Origin: Gemmatimonadaceae bacterium
GTDB taxonomy: Bacteria; Gemmatimonadota; Gemmatimonadetes; Gemmatimonadales; Gemmatimonadaceae
Length of the DNA stretch: 28,175 nt
Assembly (NCBI GenBank): GCA_044224875.1
Contig: JBGAJQ010000065.1
Coordinates: forward strand, 1-28,175
Direction: 5' to 3'
The position numbers and the translations under genes were made by a program. The notes beneath the pieces are model-generated. The model saw only the letters and a list, made by a program, of their open reading frames with translations, was not told where the DNA came from and searched no databases. Below are positions 1-9,515 of this stretch, piece after piece (the first letter of the stretch is position 1; the number at the start of each line of letters is the position of its first letter).

Positions 1-806
1 TGCGACTGCAATGCCGCCATGGCCTTGGTGACCGCGGCGGGCGCGATGGACCAACCGATGCGCCATCCTGTCATGGCAAAGGCCTTTGCCACGCCGTCGA
101 TGATCACCAGGTTGTCTCGGTCATCGGCGACGGAGAGGACGCCCACCGCGGGCCCGTTGTAAGCGATCCGGCGATAGATCTCATCACTGATCACCCACCA
201 CCCGCGTGACTTGGCGAGGTCCAGGATGGCGCGCCATTCCTCGGCCGTGTACACCGCACCCGTTGGATTGCACGGCGAGTTCAACATGATGCCGCGCGTG
301 CGACCCGTGGACGCAGCGTCCAGCTGTGCCGCGCTGACCTTGTAACCGCGGTCTGGGTCGCCGATCACCGGCACGCACGTCGCTCGCGACAGCTCGACCA
401 TTTCGTAGTAGCTGGTCCACGCTGGCGTCGGAACGAGCACCTCGTCCCCCGGACCGAAGAGCGCAAAGCAGGTATTGAACAGTGCCTGCTTGGACCCGGT
501 CGTCACGATCACTTCGGACGCCTGAACCGGCGTCGTTCCGGGTGTGTTGGCGTTCGTATACGCGGCGATCGCCTCCCTCAACGGGGGGATGCCCTCCACC
601 GCGGTGTACTTGGTGGCGCCTTTGGCGAGCGCTGCCGTCGCCGCCGCCTTGATAAACTCCGGCGTGTCAAAGTCCGGCTCACCAGCCCCCAAGTCGTTGT
701 TGGCTCGTCCCTGCGCGCGCAGGGTACGGGCGCGCTGCGAGACGGCAATAGTGGCCGACTCCTTGATGTGCGCGACGTTCGGGGACGGCGTGTAGGACGT
801 GGTCAT
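1..806 (-). CDS. Class I PLP-dependent aminotransferase (aspartate aminotransferase family), 3' end runs off the window
   Basis: Manual translation from ATG at 806: MTTSYTPSPNVAHIKESATIAVSQRARTLRAQG...DLGAGEPDFDTP...GSKQALFN...NSPCNPTG...ISDEIY...GVAKAFAMTGWRIG (PLP lysine motif). Absent from the ORF track because no stop lies in the window. Confidence 0.93.
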   Translation of the reverse strand, partial: MTTSYTPSPNVAHIKESATIAVSQRARTLRAQGRANNDLGAGEPDFDTPEFIKAAATAALAKGATKYTAVEGIPPLREAIAAYTNANTPGTTPVQASEVIVTTGSKQALFNTCFALFGPGDEVLVPTPAWTSYYEMVELSRATCVPVIGDPDRGYKVSAAQLDAASTGRTRGIMLNSPCNPTGAVYTAEEWRAILDLAKSRGWWVISDEIYRRIAYNGPAVGVLSVADDRDNLVIIDGVAKAFAMTGWRIGWSIAPAAVTKAMAALQS

Positions 807-925
807 CTCTGGTGGCGGCTCTCGCTGGGATGTCGTTGGAGGCAGTCAATCGACTACTTTTCAGTTCGCCCGCGACAAGTCTAATCGTCCACCGTCGTCG
901 GCGCTTTGACAACCTAGGGGGAACC

Positions 926-2602
926 GTGGAGCAGGACCTACGCGATGAAGCGGGTGCGGGACGCACCCAGCACGTCATTCATGTACTCACTCGCGACGAC
1001 GAACTCGCCGCGTCACTCATTCTCCCTGGGCTTGGGCGTGTGAACGCCGCTGAAGGCTCGCTGCAGGCGCTCGTCATCGCGCCCGATCGCGACACGGTCT
1101 TCTCCCTGGCGGCGGCCGCCAACACCAAGGGCAGCCGGGCGGGTACGCTCCTCACCCCCGTGACCGCCACGCCGCGAGGCGAGCGTCTCATGCGGCAAGG
1201 CGCGCGTGCCATCTGCGCGACGGCCGACGACCTGTTGGCGCTCATGGGCAAGTCGCTCTTCAAGCCACAACACCTGCGTACCGTGGCGATCGTCTGGGGC
1301 GAGGATCAGCTGACGGAGTCACTCCGGCCGACGCTCGAGACGGTGCTCGCCGAAGCGCCGCGCGACGCCGACCGCCTGTTGTTCGTTTCGCAGCTCGGGG
1401 AGGGAGTGGAACACTTTGCCACGAGTTTCCTGTGGCGTGCCCGACGCGTCCAGCACAACGCCGCAGTTGCGGCTGCCGGCGCGACCATGGAATACGTCGC
1501 CTGCGTGGAGGATGCTCGGGGGCACGTCGTCCGGTTGTTGCTGGAACGCCTGGACCCCGGCGTCGCCCACCTGGTGGCGTTCACCGATCGGGGCGCCACG
1601 GACGCCGCACAGATCGCCGTCGCGTTAGGTGCGTTACCGGATGACGCCACCATTCGCGTGGTGCGCGACACCTCGGAGGGCGCCCCGGCCGATCTGGCCG
1701 TCTTCGTCGAACTCCCCGGCGACCTGAAACTCCTTGCCGGCGCGGCGCCAGGAGCGCTCCGGACCATCGCCCTCGTGCCCCCGAGCCGTATCGTCGGATT
1801 CGCCGAGGCCCTGGGTGAAGGCGCGACGCCGCTATCCCTGTCCAACGCGCTGCGCGAGGCGTACACCACGCGAGATCAGCTGCGCGATGAGGTGCTGGGC
1901 ACCCTGCGAGGAAGAACGCTGAGTGGTGAGGTGCTCGCGTTGGAGCCGCTGCTGGCAGATCGTGATCCCGTCCTGGTCTCGGCTGCCCTCCTTCGTTTGC
2001 TCGAGACCGAACGCAGCAAGGCACGTCGTGCGGGCACCGTCGGCACACCGACACCAGCCCGAAGCACGGTCACAACCAGCCGCGGCGCGGAAGGAGCGCG
2101 CCCGGGTGATGCCGCGTGGACACGCCTCTTCCTCAGTGTTGGAGAACGTGACGGTCTACGGCGTGGGGATCTCGTCGGCGCAATTACCGGAGAAACCGGT
2201 ATTTCTGGTCAGCAAATCGGCAAGATCGAACTTCGCGAGTCCCATGCGTTGGTCGAGGTCGCGTCTGATGTCGCGGAGGCGGTGGTGGCCAAGATGTCTG
2301 GTATCACCCTTCGCGGGCGCCGCGTGTTGGCAAAGGTCGACGTCGGCGGATCGCGCGGCGGAGCTGTGGAGCGAGCACCACGCGCCCGAGAGGGTGGACG
2401 CGGTCGCGACGCCGGGCGTCCCACGGGTCCCCGATCGGGAGGTCGCGAACGAGGCAGCGGCGAGCGAGAATACGGAAGCAAGCGTGAACGGGGGGCGGAC
2501 CGAAGCCCGCGTCAGCCCCGCGCCATGCGCGAATCGGAAGAATGGGGCAGCCGGGGTGACCGGCTGCGCAACGCTCGACGCCGGGGAACTGACGACGCAT
2601 GA
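926..2602 (+). CDS. DEAD-box helicase-like protein (DeaD/CsdA architecture) with degenerate ATPase motifs, C-terminal DbpA RNA-binding domain and R/G/E-rich tail
   Basis: ORF 812..2602; likely GTG start at 926 after AGGGGG. Remnants [10 protein letters not shown] (motif Ia), ICATADDLL (Ib), [11 protein letters not shown] (II position), RLLFVSQ (III position); DbpA-type segment [47 protein letters not shown]. Confidence 0.8.
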   Translation: MEQDLRDEAGAGRTQHVIHVLTRDDELAASLILPGLGRVNAAEGSLQALVIAPDRDTVFSLAAAANTKGSRAGTLLTPVTATPRGERLMRQGARAICATADDLLALMGKSLFKPQHLRTVAIVWGEDQLTESLRPTLETVLAEAPRDADRLLFVSQLGEGVEHFATSFLWRARRVQHNAAVAAAGATMEYVACVEDARGHVVRLLLERLDPGVAHLVAFTDRGATDAAQIAVALGALPDDATIRVVRDTSEGAPADLAVFVELPGDLKLLAGAAPGALRTIALVPPSRIVGFAEALGEGATPLSLSNALREAYTTRDQLRDEVLGTLRGRTLSGEVLALEPLLADRDPVLVSAALLRLLETERSKARRAGTVGTPTPARSTVTTSRGAEGARPGDAAWTRLFLSVGERDGLRRGDLVGAITGETGISGQQIGKIELRESHALVEVASDVAEAVVAKMSGITLRGRRVLAKVDVGGSRGGAVERAPRAREGGRGRDAGRPTGPRSGGRERGSGEREYGSKRERGADRSPRQPRAMRESEEWGSRGDRLRNARRRGTDDA

Positions 2603-3210
2603 GTTCGTTGCAGCTGACAGGCGGCTGGATTGAGGTCATCGCTGGCGTCATGTTCAGCGGCAAGTCGGAGGAACTCATGCGTCGGGTGCGACGCGCGATC
2701 ATTGCGCGCAAACGCGTCCAGGTGTTCAAGTCGCACCTGGACGACCGCTACCATGGCATGTTCGCAGTGTCCTCACACGACGGGCGTTCCGTCGAGGCCA
2801 TTCCTGTCGATTCCTCACTGCAGATCGCGGCACGAGTCGACCCCATGGCGCACGTCATTGCCATTGACGAGGCCCAGTTTCTGGACGATGGCGTCGTTGC
2901 GCTAGCGTCGACGCTCGCTCAGCGCGGCCGGCGCGTGATTCTCGCCGGGACGGACACAGACTTTCGCGGTGAACCCTTTGGCGCCATGCCCCAACTGATG
3001 GCTGTGGCGGAACTCGTCGATAAGCTGCACGCCATCTGTGTGCTCTGCGGAGCACCGGCGTGTCGCAATCAGCGACTGATCGACGGCGAGCCGGCGGCGT
3101 GGGACTCTCCCGTCATCATGGTTGGCGGCCACGAGTCATACGAGGCACGATGCCGCGCGTGCCACATCGTGCGGCACAAAGACGAGGCACAGCGCACGCT
3201 CGGCATCTGA
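2599..3210 (+). CDS. tdk: Thymidine kinase
   Basis: [18 protein letters not shown] (P-loop), [16 protein letters not shown], zinc ligands CVLCG...CRAC; ATGA overlap with the upstream gene. Confidence 0.96.
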   Translation: MSSLQLTGGWIEVIAGVMFSGKSEELMRRVRRAIIARKRVQVFKSHLDDRYHGMFAVSSHDGRSVEAIPVDSSLQIAARVDPMAHVIAIDEAQFLDDGVVALASTLAQRGRRVILAGTDTDFRGEPFGAMPQLMAVAELVDKLHAICVLCGAPACRNQRLIDGEPAAWDSPVIMVGGHESYEARCRACHIVRHKDEAQRTLGI

Positions 3211-3282
3211 GTTCGATCGTTCGAAGGTGACACGAGGCTCAGCCGCTCGCTCAATGAGCGACGTCCGCGCCCCCGGGGTCCT

Positions 3283-3323
3283 AGAAACACAAGGGGCGCA
3301 CATCGCGTTGCGACATGCGCCCC
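3283..3323 (-). terminator. Intrinsic terminator of the pilin operon (possibly bidirectional)
   Basis: Minus strand reads GGGGCGCA-TG-TCGC-AAC-GCGA-TG-TGCGCCCC followed by TTGTGTTTCT: a 14-bp stem including two G-U pairs, between convergent tdk and the pilX-like gene. Confidence 0.75.
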
Positions 3324-3349
3324 CCATGCTCCCTCCCCCAATTCAGGTA

Positions 3350-5415
3350 CTACGGACCGGACTGCAGTCGGCGATAGAAGTTCGCAACACCGATCATGTT
3401 GAAGGTGTTTGGATCGAGTTCATAGAACTCGTTGTCCTTGTATCGACCGCGGCGAAACCTGTGTAACCGCCAGCAAAGGTGGCGCTGATTCGGCGCTGGA
3501 TCACACCACCGGCCTGATTGATGCAGCCGCCGGATGTTTGCGCCGAGTACGGGGACACCGGGGTGCAGAGACGCCCAGTGCTGGGCCCAGCGGAGAGGTT
3601 TTCCACGCCGAAGGTCGCCGTGGTGTTGGACACACCATCCAGCGTGACAGCGTGCAAGAAGAAGTCCTGATTGTCGTCGAAGAACCTTGTTTGGCTCGTT
3701 GCCGTACCGTCGACGTTACGTGGTCGGTTGATGTTGTTGTCACTGATCCAGAGATTGTCGCCGGTGATGATGCCTAACAAGTTCTGGCACACCGGGAGCG
3801 ATGCCGGGTTGGACGTGTACGTTAGGTCGTCGATGAACTTGCCCGTCCCAGAGATGTACAGGGTCGCGCGTCCGCGGAACACGCCGCTCAACCAGACGCT
3901 CCCGTTGACGTAGATGACGCCCTTGGAGTTCAGGTTCTGCGTACGGTGCACGGGCCAGAGGTATTGCTCCTCCGCCAGCTGACGCCGCGTCACGCCCGCC
4001 GTGAAGAACGAACCGGCGTATCCGGGCCATGCCCGCCAGCTTCCTGTACGCGTGACCGCGGTGAACGTCGTATCCGAACCGCCGCGGCGCTGGTTGGCAG
4101 GCAGGACGTCGGCACTCGGGATGAGCGCCATGTTGATTGGCCGCTCTACTGGCATGAGGTTCGGGTCGCCAGCCGGGAAGCAGCGCACGCCCGCCGTCTT
4201 TGTGAGCGCGACCTTATTGGCGAGCGCCGCACCGCCTGCACCGCGCCACGCGTTGGCGCGCGCGCTTGCCGCTGCCGCGCTGCCACCAAAATTCTGGTTG
4301 ACGAGAGAGTCTCGGAACCACGCGTACCGTGCCTTGGTCGAGTCGTGGACGGCGAATGGAACGAACGTCGTGTCGTTGCGCACCAAGTCGGCATTTAGCG
4401 CGAACACGTAATACAGCCCGCACTGATTTTCGACAACGCTCCGATTCAGGTTGCCCGCCACGTCGATGAATGCGTCGAGTCGGGTGGCGTTAGGCGTGCT
4501 CATGCGCGTGAAGGACGAGTCCGTCCCTGCGCCCGCAGCCGTGTAGGGATCGGTACCAGCGTTATTCCTGGCATCGAAGACGCGGAAGTAGCCCTCGGCG
4601 GCGCCGGTTAACAGTCCGTCACCGTCAAGGTCGACCGGGGTGAAGTCAATGCGCGATCCGCCACGCGTGCCAGCAAATGGGTTCGGCGTGAAGCTGAGGT
4701 TTGCTGCCGAGGCATAGCCGGGCATGAACGACAGCTTGGCAACCGTCGGAAACGGAATGACGGGAGCGCTGGGGTATTGAATCGATTGGTACTGCGCCGT
4801 ACCGGTCACCGTTGTTACCGCGCTGACCGTGTCCGTGTACACCGGCCCGGGCGAACTCGCACAGGACTGCCAGTTCTGGTTGCTGTGGGCGCGTCCACGA
4901 ACGATTTCGCCCGTGGTGTAACAGCCGGGCGACCACTGGTCCGTGAACATCGCATACCGCGCGAAGTTCTCGGCTTGCAGCTCCAACCGGCGGACGTGAC
5001 GGGCACCGCCGTTGTCGTAGGCCACGGCCACCAGTTCTACATACTGACCGTATTCGCCCGTGGAGCTACCGCCGATGCCGGCGTACAGGTCGACCTTCAC
5101 TTTCGGTACCGTGCCGCCCGTTGCATCCGTGACGGATTGTCCGTTCATCAGCTGCAGGTACAGGGAGTCGGGCAGGTGCAGTGACGTGTCCGTCATGACG
5201 CGCGACTTCCCGATCGATAGGGCCCATTCGGCAGCGTAGCGATAGTCGCGTTCGCGGTCGTACAGCTTCGACAGGATCGTCGTGCTGCCCGACATGTAGA
5301 TGGCCGAGATGGCGAGGCCACCTAACGCGAACGTGAAGACCATGGTCAGGATCAGCGCGGACCCCTTTCGGGAGCGCGCGAGCCGGCGGCGGATTTTCTG
5401 GCGCAGTCCAAGCAT
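3350..5415 (-). CDS. Large PilX/GspK-like minor pilin with a long C-terminal domain; apparently frameshifted near 3450 (in-frame ORF stops at 3394, probable native C-terminus continues in the -1 frame to 3350)
   Basis: Basic leader then RKG|SALILTMVFTFALGGLAISAIY without Glu5 (PilX/GspK type); DLDGDG motif; alternative-frame tail RGRYKDNEFYELDPNTFNMIGVANFYRRLQSGP* at 3451..3350. Confidence 0.75.
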
Positions 5416-5430
5416 CGTGTGTTCCCTCGG

Positions 5431-6600
5431 TTAGTGCGTAATCGCGTTACTGGTGCGAATGGCCGAATTCGCGGGCGAGCAGTCCTGCGCCGCGACGCCA
5501 TACTCGTAGCTGTTGCCCGTCTGCAGGTCGAAGTCATCGTACGTGTAGGTCGCGCTCCCCTTGCCAATCACCGCTACGGGGTCGATGAACGGCTGGCCGA
5601 CCAGCCGCCGGAAGATCGCGTACCGCTCCACGTCCTTTTCACCAGTGACTTCGTCATTCGAGCGGGCGAACGTCACGGCCACGTGGTCCGGGTTGCCCGA
5701 CACGAACACCATCGCGGCAACAGGGCTACCGGGATTCAGCGGAACGTCACCACAGGACTTGAGCTGGTTGAGGCCAATATTCGCCAGCGAGGTCTGCGAA
5801 TTCACCACGCGCTTCATGGACGTGGTGTCGTTATGCATGTTCCGGCCGTGGAAGATCCCCGTCAGGTTGATCGTCACGGTACGGATGGAATCCGCCCAGG
5901 AGTTCGCGGCGTCCCAGTACACCGGCAAGCTCCCGGTGGCCACGTTGATGATCTTGGCCGAGCTGTCGATGCGAGTGTAAGAGAACAACGACTGGCCTGA
6001 GGGGATCTGGATGCCCGAGGCCACCACCGCCACGGGGCCGGCGTTGACGCGACGGAACAACACGTACTCGTCGGTCTTCCCCGACGTTGAGTCGACGGAC
6101 GCCCAGTACGAAACGGTCTCCGCCAAGCTGCGCGAGCCGTCGGTGTTCTTGTAGGTGAAGTCCGGGTACGACTTGGAGACGAGAGGCAACGTGATCGGCG
6201 TCGTCGTCTCCAACGCCACCGTCAACAGCGTATCTACGTTGGGGTCGACGTACACCGCCGTGACGTCCGACGTATCGTTCGCCACAAGGTCGGTGTTGAA
6301 CGTGACGGCAAACCGCCCCGCATACACGATCTTGGGTTGCGGCCGCGTGATGCCCAAGGCGCTCACCATCGGTGTCACGCCGATGCCGATGTTGCGCAGC
6401 TCGCGGTCGATGGTGTTCTGCGCGTACCTCGCCGTCATCTGCGCCTCGGTTCGGCCGAGATTGGCCGTCAGGTTGCGCAGCTGGTACGTGAAGAATGGGA
6501 CCGCCGCCCCAAACACCATGATGGTGATCGTCAGGGCCAGCAAGAGCTCGGCGAGCGAGTAGCCAGCGCGGCGGCGGCGTACGTCAGGTGTGTTTGACAT
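5431..6600 (-). CDS. PilW/GspJ-like minor pilin with C-terminal fibronectin type III-like domain
   Basis: Prepilin motif RRRAG|YSLAELLLALTITIMVFGAAV; AQMTARYAQNTIDRELRNIG is typical of PilW; C-terminal VAVTFARS..ERYAIFRR..YTYDD..TGNSYEYGVAAQD resembles FN3. Confidence 0.82.
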   Translation of the reverse strand: MSNTPDVRRRRAGYSLAELLLALTITIMVFGAAVPFFTYQLRNLTANLGRTEAQMTARYAQNTIDRELRNIGIGVTPMVSALGITRPQPKIVYAGRFAVTFNTDLVANDTSDVTAVYVDPNVDTLLTVALETTTPITLPLVSKSYPDFTYKNTDGSRSLAETVSYWASVDSTSGKTDEYVLFRRVNAGPVAVVASGIQIPSGQSLFSYTRIDSSAKIINVATGSLPVYWDAANSWADSIRTVTINLTGIFHGRNMHNDTTSMKRVVNSQTSLANIGLNQLKSCGDVPLNPGSPVAAMVFVSGNPDHVAVTFARSNDEVTGEKDVERYAIFRRLVGQPFIDPVAVIGKGSATYTYDDFDLQTGNSYEYGVAAQDCSPANSAIRTSNAITH

Positions 6601-6609
6601 GCATGCCTC

Positions 6610-6996
6610 CTAGAACCGCGCCACAGCGGTTGTTTTCTTGACGGGTGTGGTCAACGCGGAATGCGTGACCTTCACCGTCACGATCTTGTAGTTCGTCGAG
6701 GATGACGCGACCAACTGGATGTACGTGGTCCGTGTGAACCCGGGATAACCGCTGATATTCGTCTCGGTCACGGCCAGCGTGTCCATCGACGTGTAGTTGC
6801 GCTCAGCCTTCACGCGTTCCACACGTGCGCTGGCAAGGTCGATCGCCTTGTTCATCACGGAGGTTCCGGCGTTGGTGCGGGAGAAGCGTCGTCCGTACTC
6901 GGACATCCCGATGAGGGAGACCGCGAGGATCGAGAGCGCTACCACGGTCTCCAGGACCGAAATGCCGCGTCGGTTTCGGAATCGGATGCGTCGCAT
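6610..6996 (-). CDS. PilV/GspI-like minor pilin
   Basis: ATG at 6996; RNRRG|ISVLETVVALSILAVSLIGM class III signal with Glu5; small size (128 aa). Confidence 0.82.
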   Translation of the reverse strand: MRRIRFRNRRGISVLETVVALSILAVSLIGMSEYGRRFSRTNAGTSVMNKAIDLASARVERVKAERNYTSMDTLAVTETNISGYPGFTRTTYIQLVASSSTNYKIVTVKVTHSALTTPVKKTTAVARF

Positions 6997-6998
6997 GG

Positions 6999-7604
6999 TT
7001 AGTTGTACCTCCCCCAAGCCGAGCCGGAGTAGCGATAGGTTTCCGTGCGCCCGCCGGCCTGCAGGACGCGCACCATGCGATAGTCGCCAGCGGCTGCGCG
7101 CGATGACGACACGTAGATATCAACGTTTGAACTGGCGGCACCGTCGCGAAGAAATTGAACGGACGGATAGCCCGACATCGTGCAGAGATTGCTGCCAAAG
7201 ACCGGTCCAGAGGGAGACGTACTCGGATAAGGCACCGACGGCAGCTTGAACTGTGCGCCCTCTTCCAGGGGTCGTGACGTGAAACGTTCGCCACTGTCCT
7301 TGGAACAGTTGTTGTTGGTGTCTTCGAGGATCACCAGTCGGCGCCCCGACACGTCAAACCCGACCACGACGTTGGTCTGCCGCATGATCGCGTTCCGCTC
7401 GGCCCCTTGCATCACAGTGCGCACGCTGCGCATCGCGGCGTCCGCCCGATAGCGCTCGTAGTTCACGCGGGGAATGGCCATCCCGGCGATGATGCTCACC
7501 ATGATGAGCACCACGGTCAGCTCCAGGATGGAAAAGCCGCGGCGTGCGCGACGCTCCAACCTGCGCCGTCCCTGACTCCAGTCAAAGTGCGAAGACCTTC
7601 GCAT
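6999..7604 (-). CDS. FimT/FimU/GspH-like minor pilin
   Basis: RRARRG|FSILELTVVLIMVSIIAGMAIP prepilin motif; AMRSVRTVMQGAERNAIMRQTNVVV and VQFLRDG segments typical of FimT/GspH. Confidence 0.85.
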   Translation of the reverse strand: MRRSSHFDWSQGRRRLERRARRGFSILELTVVLIMVSIIAGMAIPRVNYERYRADAAMRSVRTVMQGAERNAIMRQTNVVVGFDVSGRRLVILEDTNNNCSKDSGERFTSRPLEEGAQFKLPSVPYPSTSPSGPVFGSNLCTMSGYPSVQFLRDGAASSNVDIYVSSSRAAAGDYRMVRVLQAGGRTETYRYSGSAWGRYN

Positions 7605-7866
7605 ACCGCTCCCGCGTGTGATTTCGCCAGACAGCTCTCAAACCTTCGGTGACCTTCGATACAAACCCTTGTGATTAACGGATTTGCGCGCTTTCTACCC
7701 GTCATCTCGACGAGGCCCACGCACACAAGGTCACGATGCGGGAACCCCTCTGTCGTCACGGGGAGCGCCTCGGCTGTCACATCCAACGACGCGATGCCAA
7801 CCGCGTGACGCCTATGAGTGTCGGCACGTCCTCCCAACGACTTTCCCGCACTCACCAACCCCACGC

Positions 7867-8664
7867 ATGGGCATCGTTGCCACCCTCCTTCCGGACCCGA
7901 CGCGACTCTTCCGCGTGCGGGCGGCCCTGCGCGGCCGACATTCGGTGGAGGCGTGTGCCGATTGGGCACAACTCACCCTGCGCTGCGAGGAGCAGCCGGT
8001 CCACATCGCCGTGCTCGACCTGTTCGGGTCGCGCCCGATGAACTTGGAAGCCTTTCGTCAGCTAAAACGACGCTTCCCGCGTTTGGTCACCGTCGCCTAT
8101 CTGGAGCCTGTCGCCGGGCGCGAGCGGGACCTCTTCGATGTCGGCCGGTCCGGTATTGACGCGCTCATTCTCCTCGACCGGGATGATGACCCGGTGTCCT
8201 TTGGGTCCACGCTCGAACAGGCGGAAGCCCGGGGGGTCGCAGCGCTCGTCCGAGCGGCCCTGGCGTCGACGCCCGCCTGGGTCCGGGACGCGGTCCTGCT
8301 CTGTGTCACGCGCGCCCACGAACGACTCACGCCACTTCGCGTGGCCACATCGCTCATGACGACCCGACGCGTACTGGCCAGCAAGCTCGAGGAGGCCCAT
8401 CTGCCGCCGCCGCAGCGCCTCATCACCTGCTGCCGACTGATCGTCGCTGCGTACTTCCTCGAGGACGAGCACCGCTCCGCGGACTCCATCGCGAACGCCT
8501 TGCAATTCCCCTCAGGAAGTGCCTTTCGGAACGCGTGCCAGCGCTACCTCGGCGCCACGCCTTCAGAAATTCGCAGCCACGGCGGCGCCGAATGGGTGGT
8601 GGAGAAGCTCTTCGCCCCGCGCGCGCGACTGCGCGACGACCGTCCACTCCTCGAGGCGATCTAG
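7867..8664 (+). CDS. AraC-family transcriptional regulator with N-terminal atypical receiver-like domain
   Basis: Likely ATG at 7867 within ORF 7684..8664; C-terminal SADSIANALQFPSGSAFRNACQRYLGATPSEIR is an AraC second HTH; N-terminal HIAVLDLFG...FRQLKRRFPRLVTVAY is REC-like. Confidence 0.8.
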   Translation: MGIVATLLPDPTRLFRVRAALRGRHSVEACADWAQLTLRCEEQPVHIAVLDLFGSRPMNLEAFRQLKRRFPRLVTVAYLEPVAGRERDLFDVGRSGIDALILLDRDDDPVSFGSTLEQAEARGVAALVRAALASTPAWVRDAVLLCVTRAHERLTPLRVATSLMTTRRVLASKLEEAHLPPPQRLITCCRLIVAAYFLEDEHRSADSIANALQFPSGSAFRNACQRYLGATPSEIRSHGGAEWVVEKLFAPRARLRDDRPLLEAI

Positions 8665-8730
8665 CCGACCTGACGACGGCGCCCAGCTCCGCGAGGCAAT
8701 CACGGGCGTAGCGGAATGCCGAAAGCCGAT

Positions 8731-9369
8731 CTACGGTCCGTGCGCCAGTCGCAGGAACTCGCTGCGCGTCTTGGCGTCGTCCCGGAAGCTCCCCAGCAGC
8801 GCTGATGTAATCGTCTTGGAGTTCTGCTTCTCCACGCCGCGCATCATCATGCACAGGTGGTACGCCTCGATCACCACCCCAACACCATGCGGCGCGAGCA
8901 CGTCCTGTATGGCCTCCGCGATCTGCGATGTCAGCCGCTCCTGCACCTGCAGTCGACGGGCGAACATGTCCACCAACCGTGGGATCTTGGAGAGACCGAC
9001 GATGCGGCCATGCGGAATGTAGGCGATATGCGCCTTACCGAAGAACGGCAACATGTGGTGCTCGCATAACGAGTAGAGCTCGATGTCGCGCACCATGACC
9101 ATGTTTTCGTGTTGTTCGGCGAAGATCCCCTCCCCAACAACCTGCCGAACGTCCAGGTCATATCCGCGGGTGAGCCACTCCATGGCATTCGCCACGCGAA
9201 GCGGCGTGCGGAGTAGCCCTTCGCGATTTGGATCCTCGCCCACCAACTCCAACTGCCGGCGAACCAGGGCCGCGTACTCCTCGATGCGCATCGACACCGC
9301 TTCGTATTCAGCGTCGCTCTCGCGGACGGCTTCGGCTGCAAAGGAATACTCGTTGGGCGACGGAGCCAT
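8731..9369 (-). CDS. folE: GTP cyclohydrolase I
   Basis: [53 protein letters not shown]; start placed at ATG 9369 (uncertain). Confidence 0.96.
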   Translation of the reverse strand: MAPSPNEYSFAAEAVRESDAEYEAVSMRIEEYAALVRRQLELVGEDPNREGLLRTPLRVANAMEWLTRGYDLDVRQVVGEGIFAEQHENMVMVRDIELYSLCEHHMLPFFGKAHIAYIPHGRIVGLSKIPRLVDMFARRLQVQERLTSQIAEAIQDVLAPHGVGVVIEAYHLCMMMRGVEKQNSKTITSALLGSFRDDAKTRSEFLRLAHGP

Positions 9370-9515
9370 GGAAACCTCGGGTTCGGCTTGGTCTGACGGT
9401 CCTTCGCAAGTTACTGCGCGACTCCTCGCGGTACAGCGGAACCTGGGAATTGACGCCTGCCGTCCAACTTCGAGTAGCACTACCTTAGCCTGCTTCGCAC
9501 CCTTGGACGCGACCC

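Noticed and set aside
3212..3261. Small palindromes after tdk (TTCGA-TCGT-TCGAA; TCGCTCA-A-TGAGCGA) as REP elements or sRNA
   Set aside because: Short, not repeated elsewhere in the window, and compatible with chance or a simple 3' UTR structure.
3445..3460. Programmed -1 ribosomal frameshift or phase-variable tract at the pilX-like junction
   Set aside because: No canonical X XXY YYZ slippery heptamer, homopolymer or microsatellite at the junction; a deletion or assembly error is the simpler explanation.
7605..7866. c-di-GMP-I riboswitch or sigma54 promoter upstream of the pilin operon
   Set aside because: Only fragments (GAAAG, CGCAAA; TTGGCA without a correctly spaced TGC) are present; the required pairing and spacing are absent.
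7684..7866. N-terminal extensions given by the ORF track (also 812-925, 9370-9480, 16449-16556, 17402-17545, 24261-24302)
   Set aside because: Family similarity starts at downstream starts that have RBS or stop-start overlaps; the extensions run through promoter spacers or neighbouring genes.
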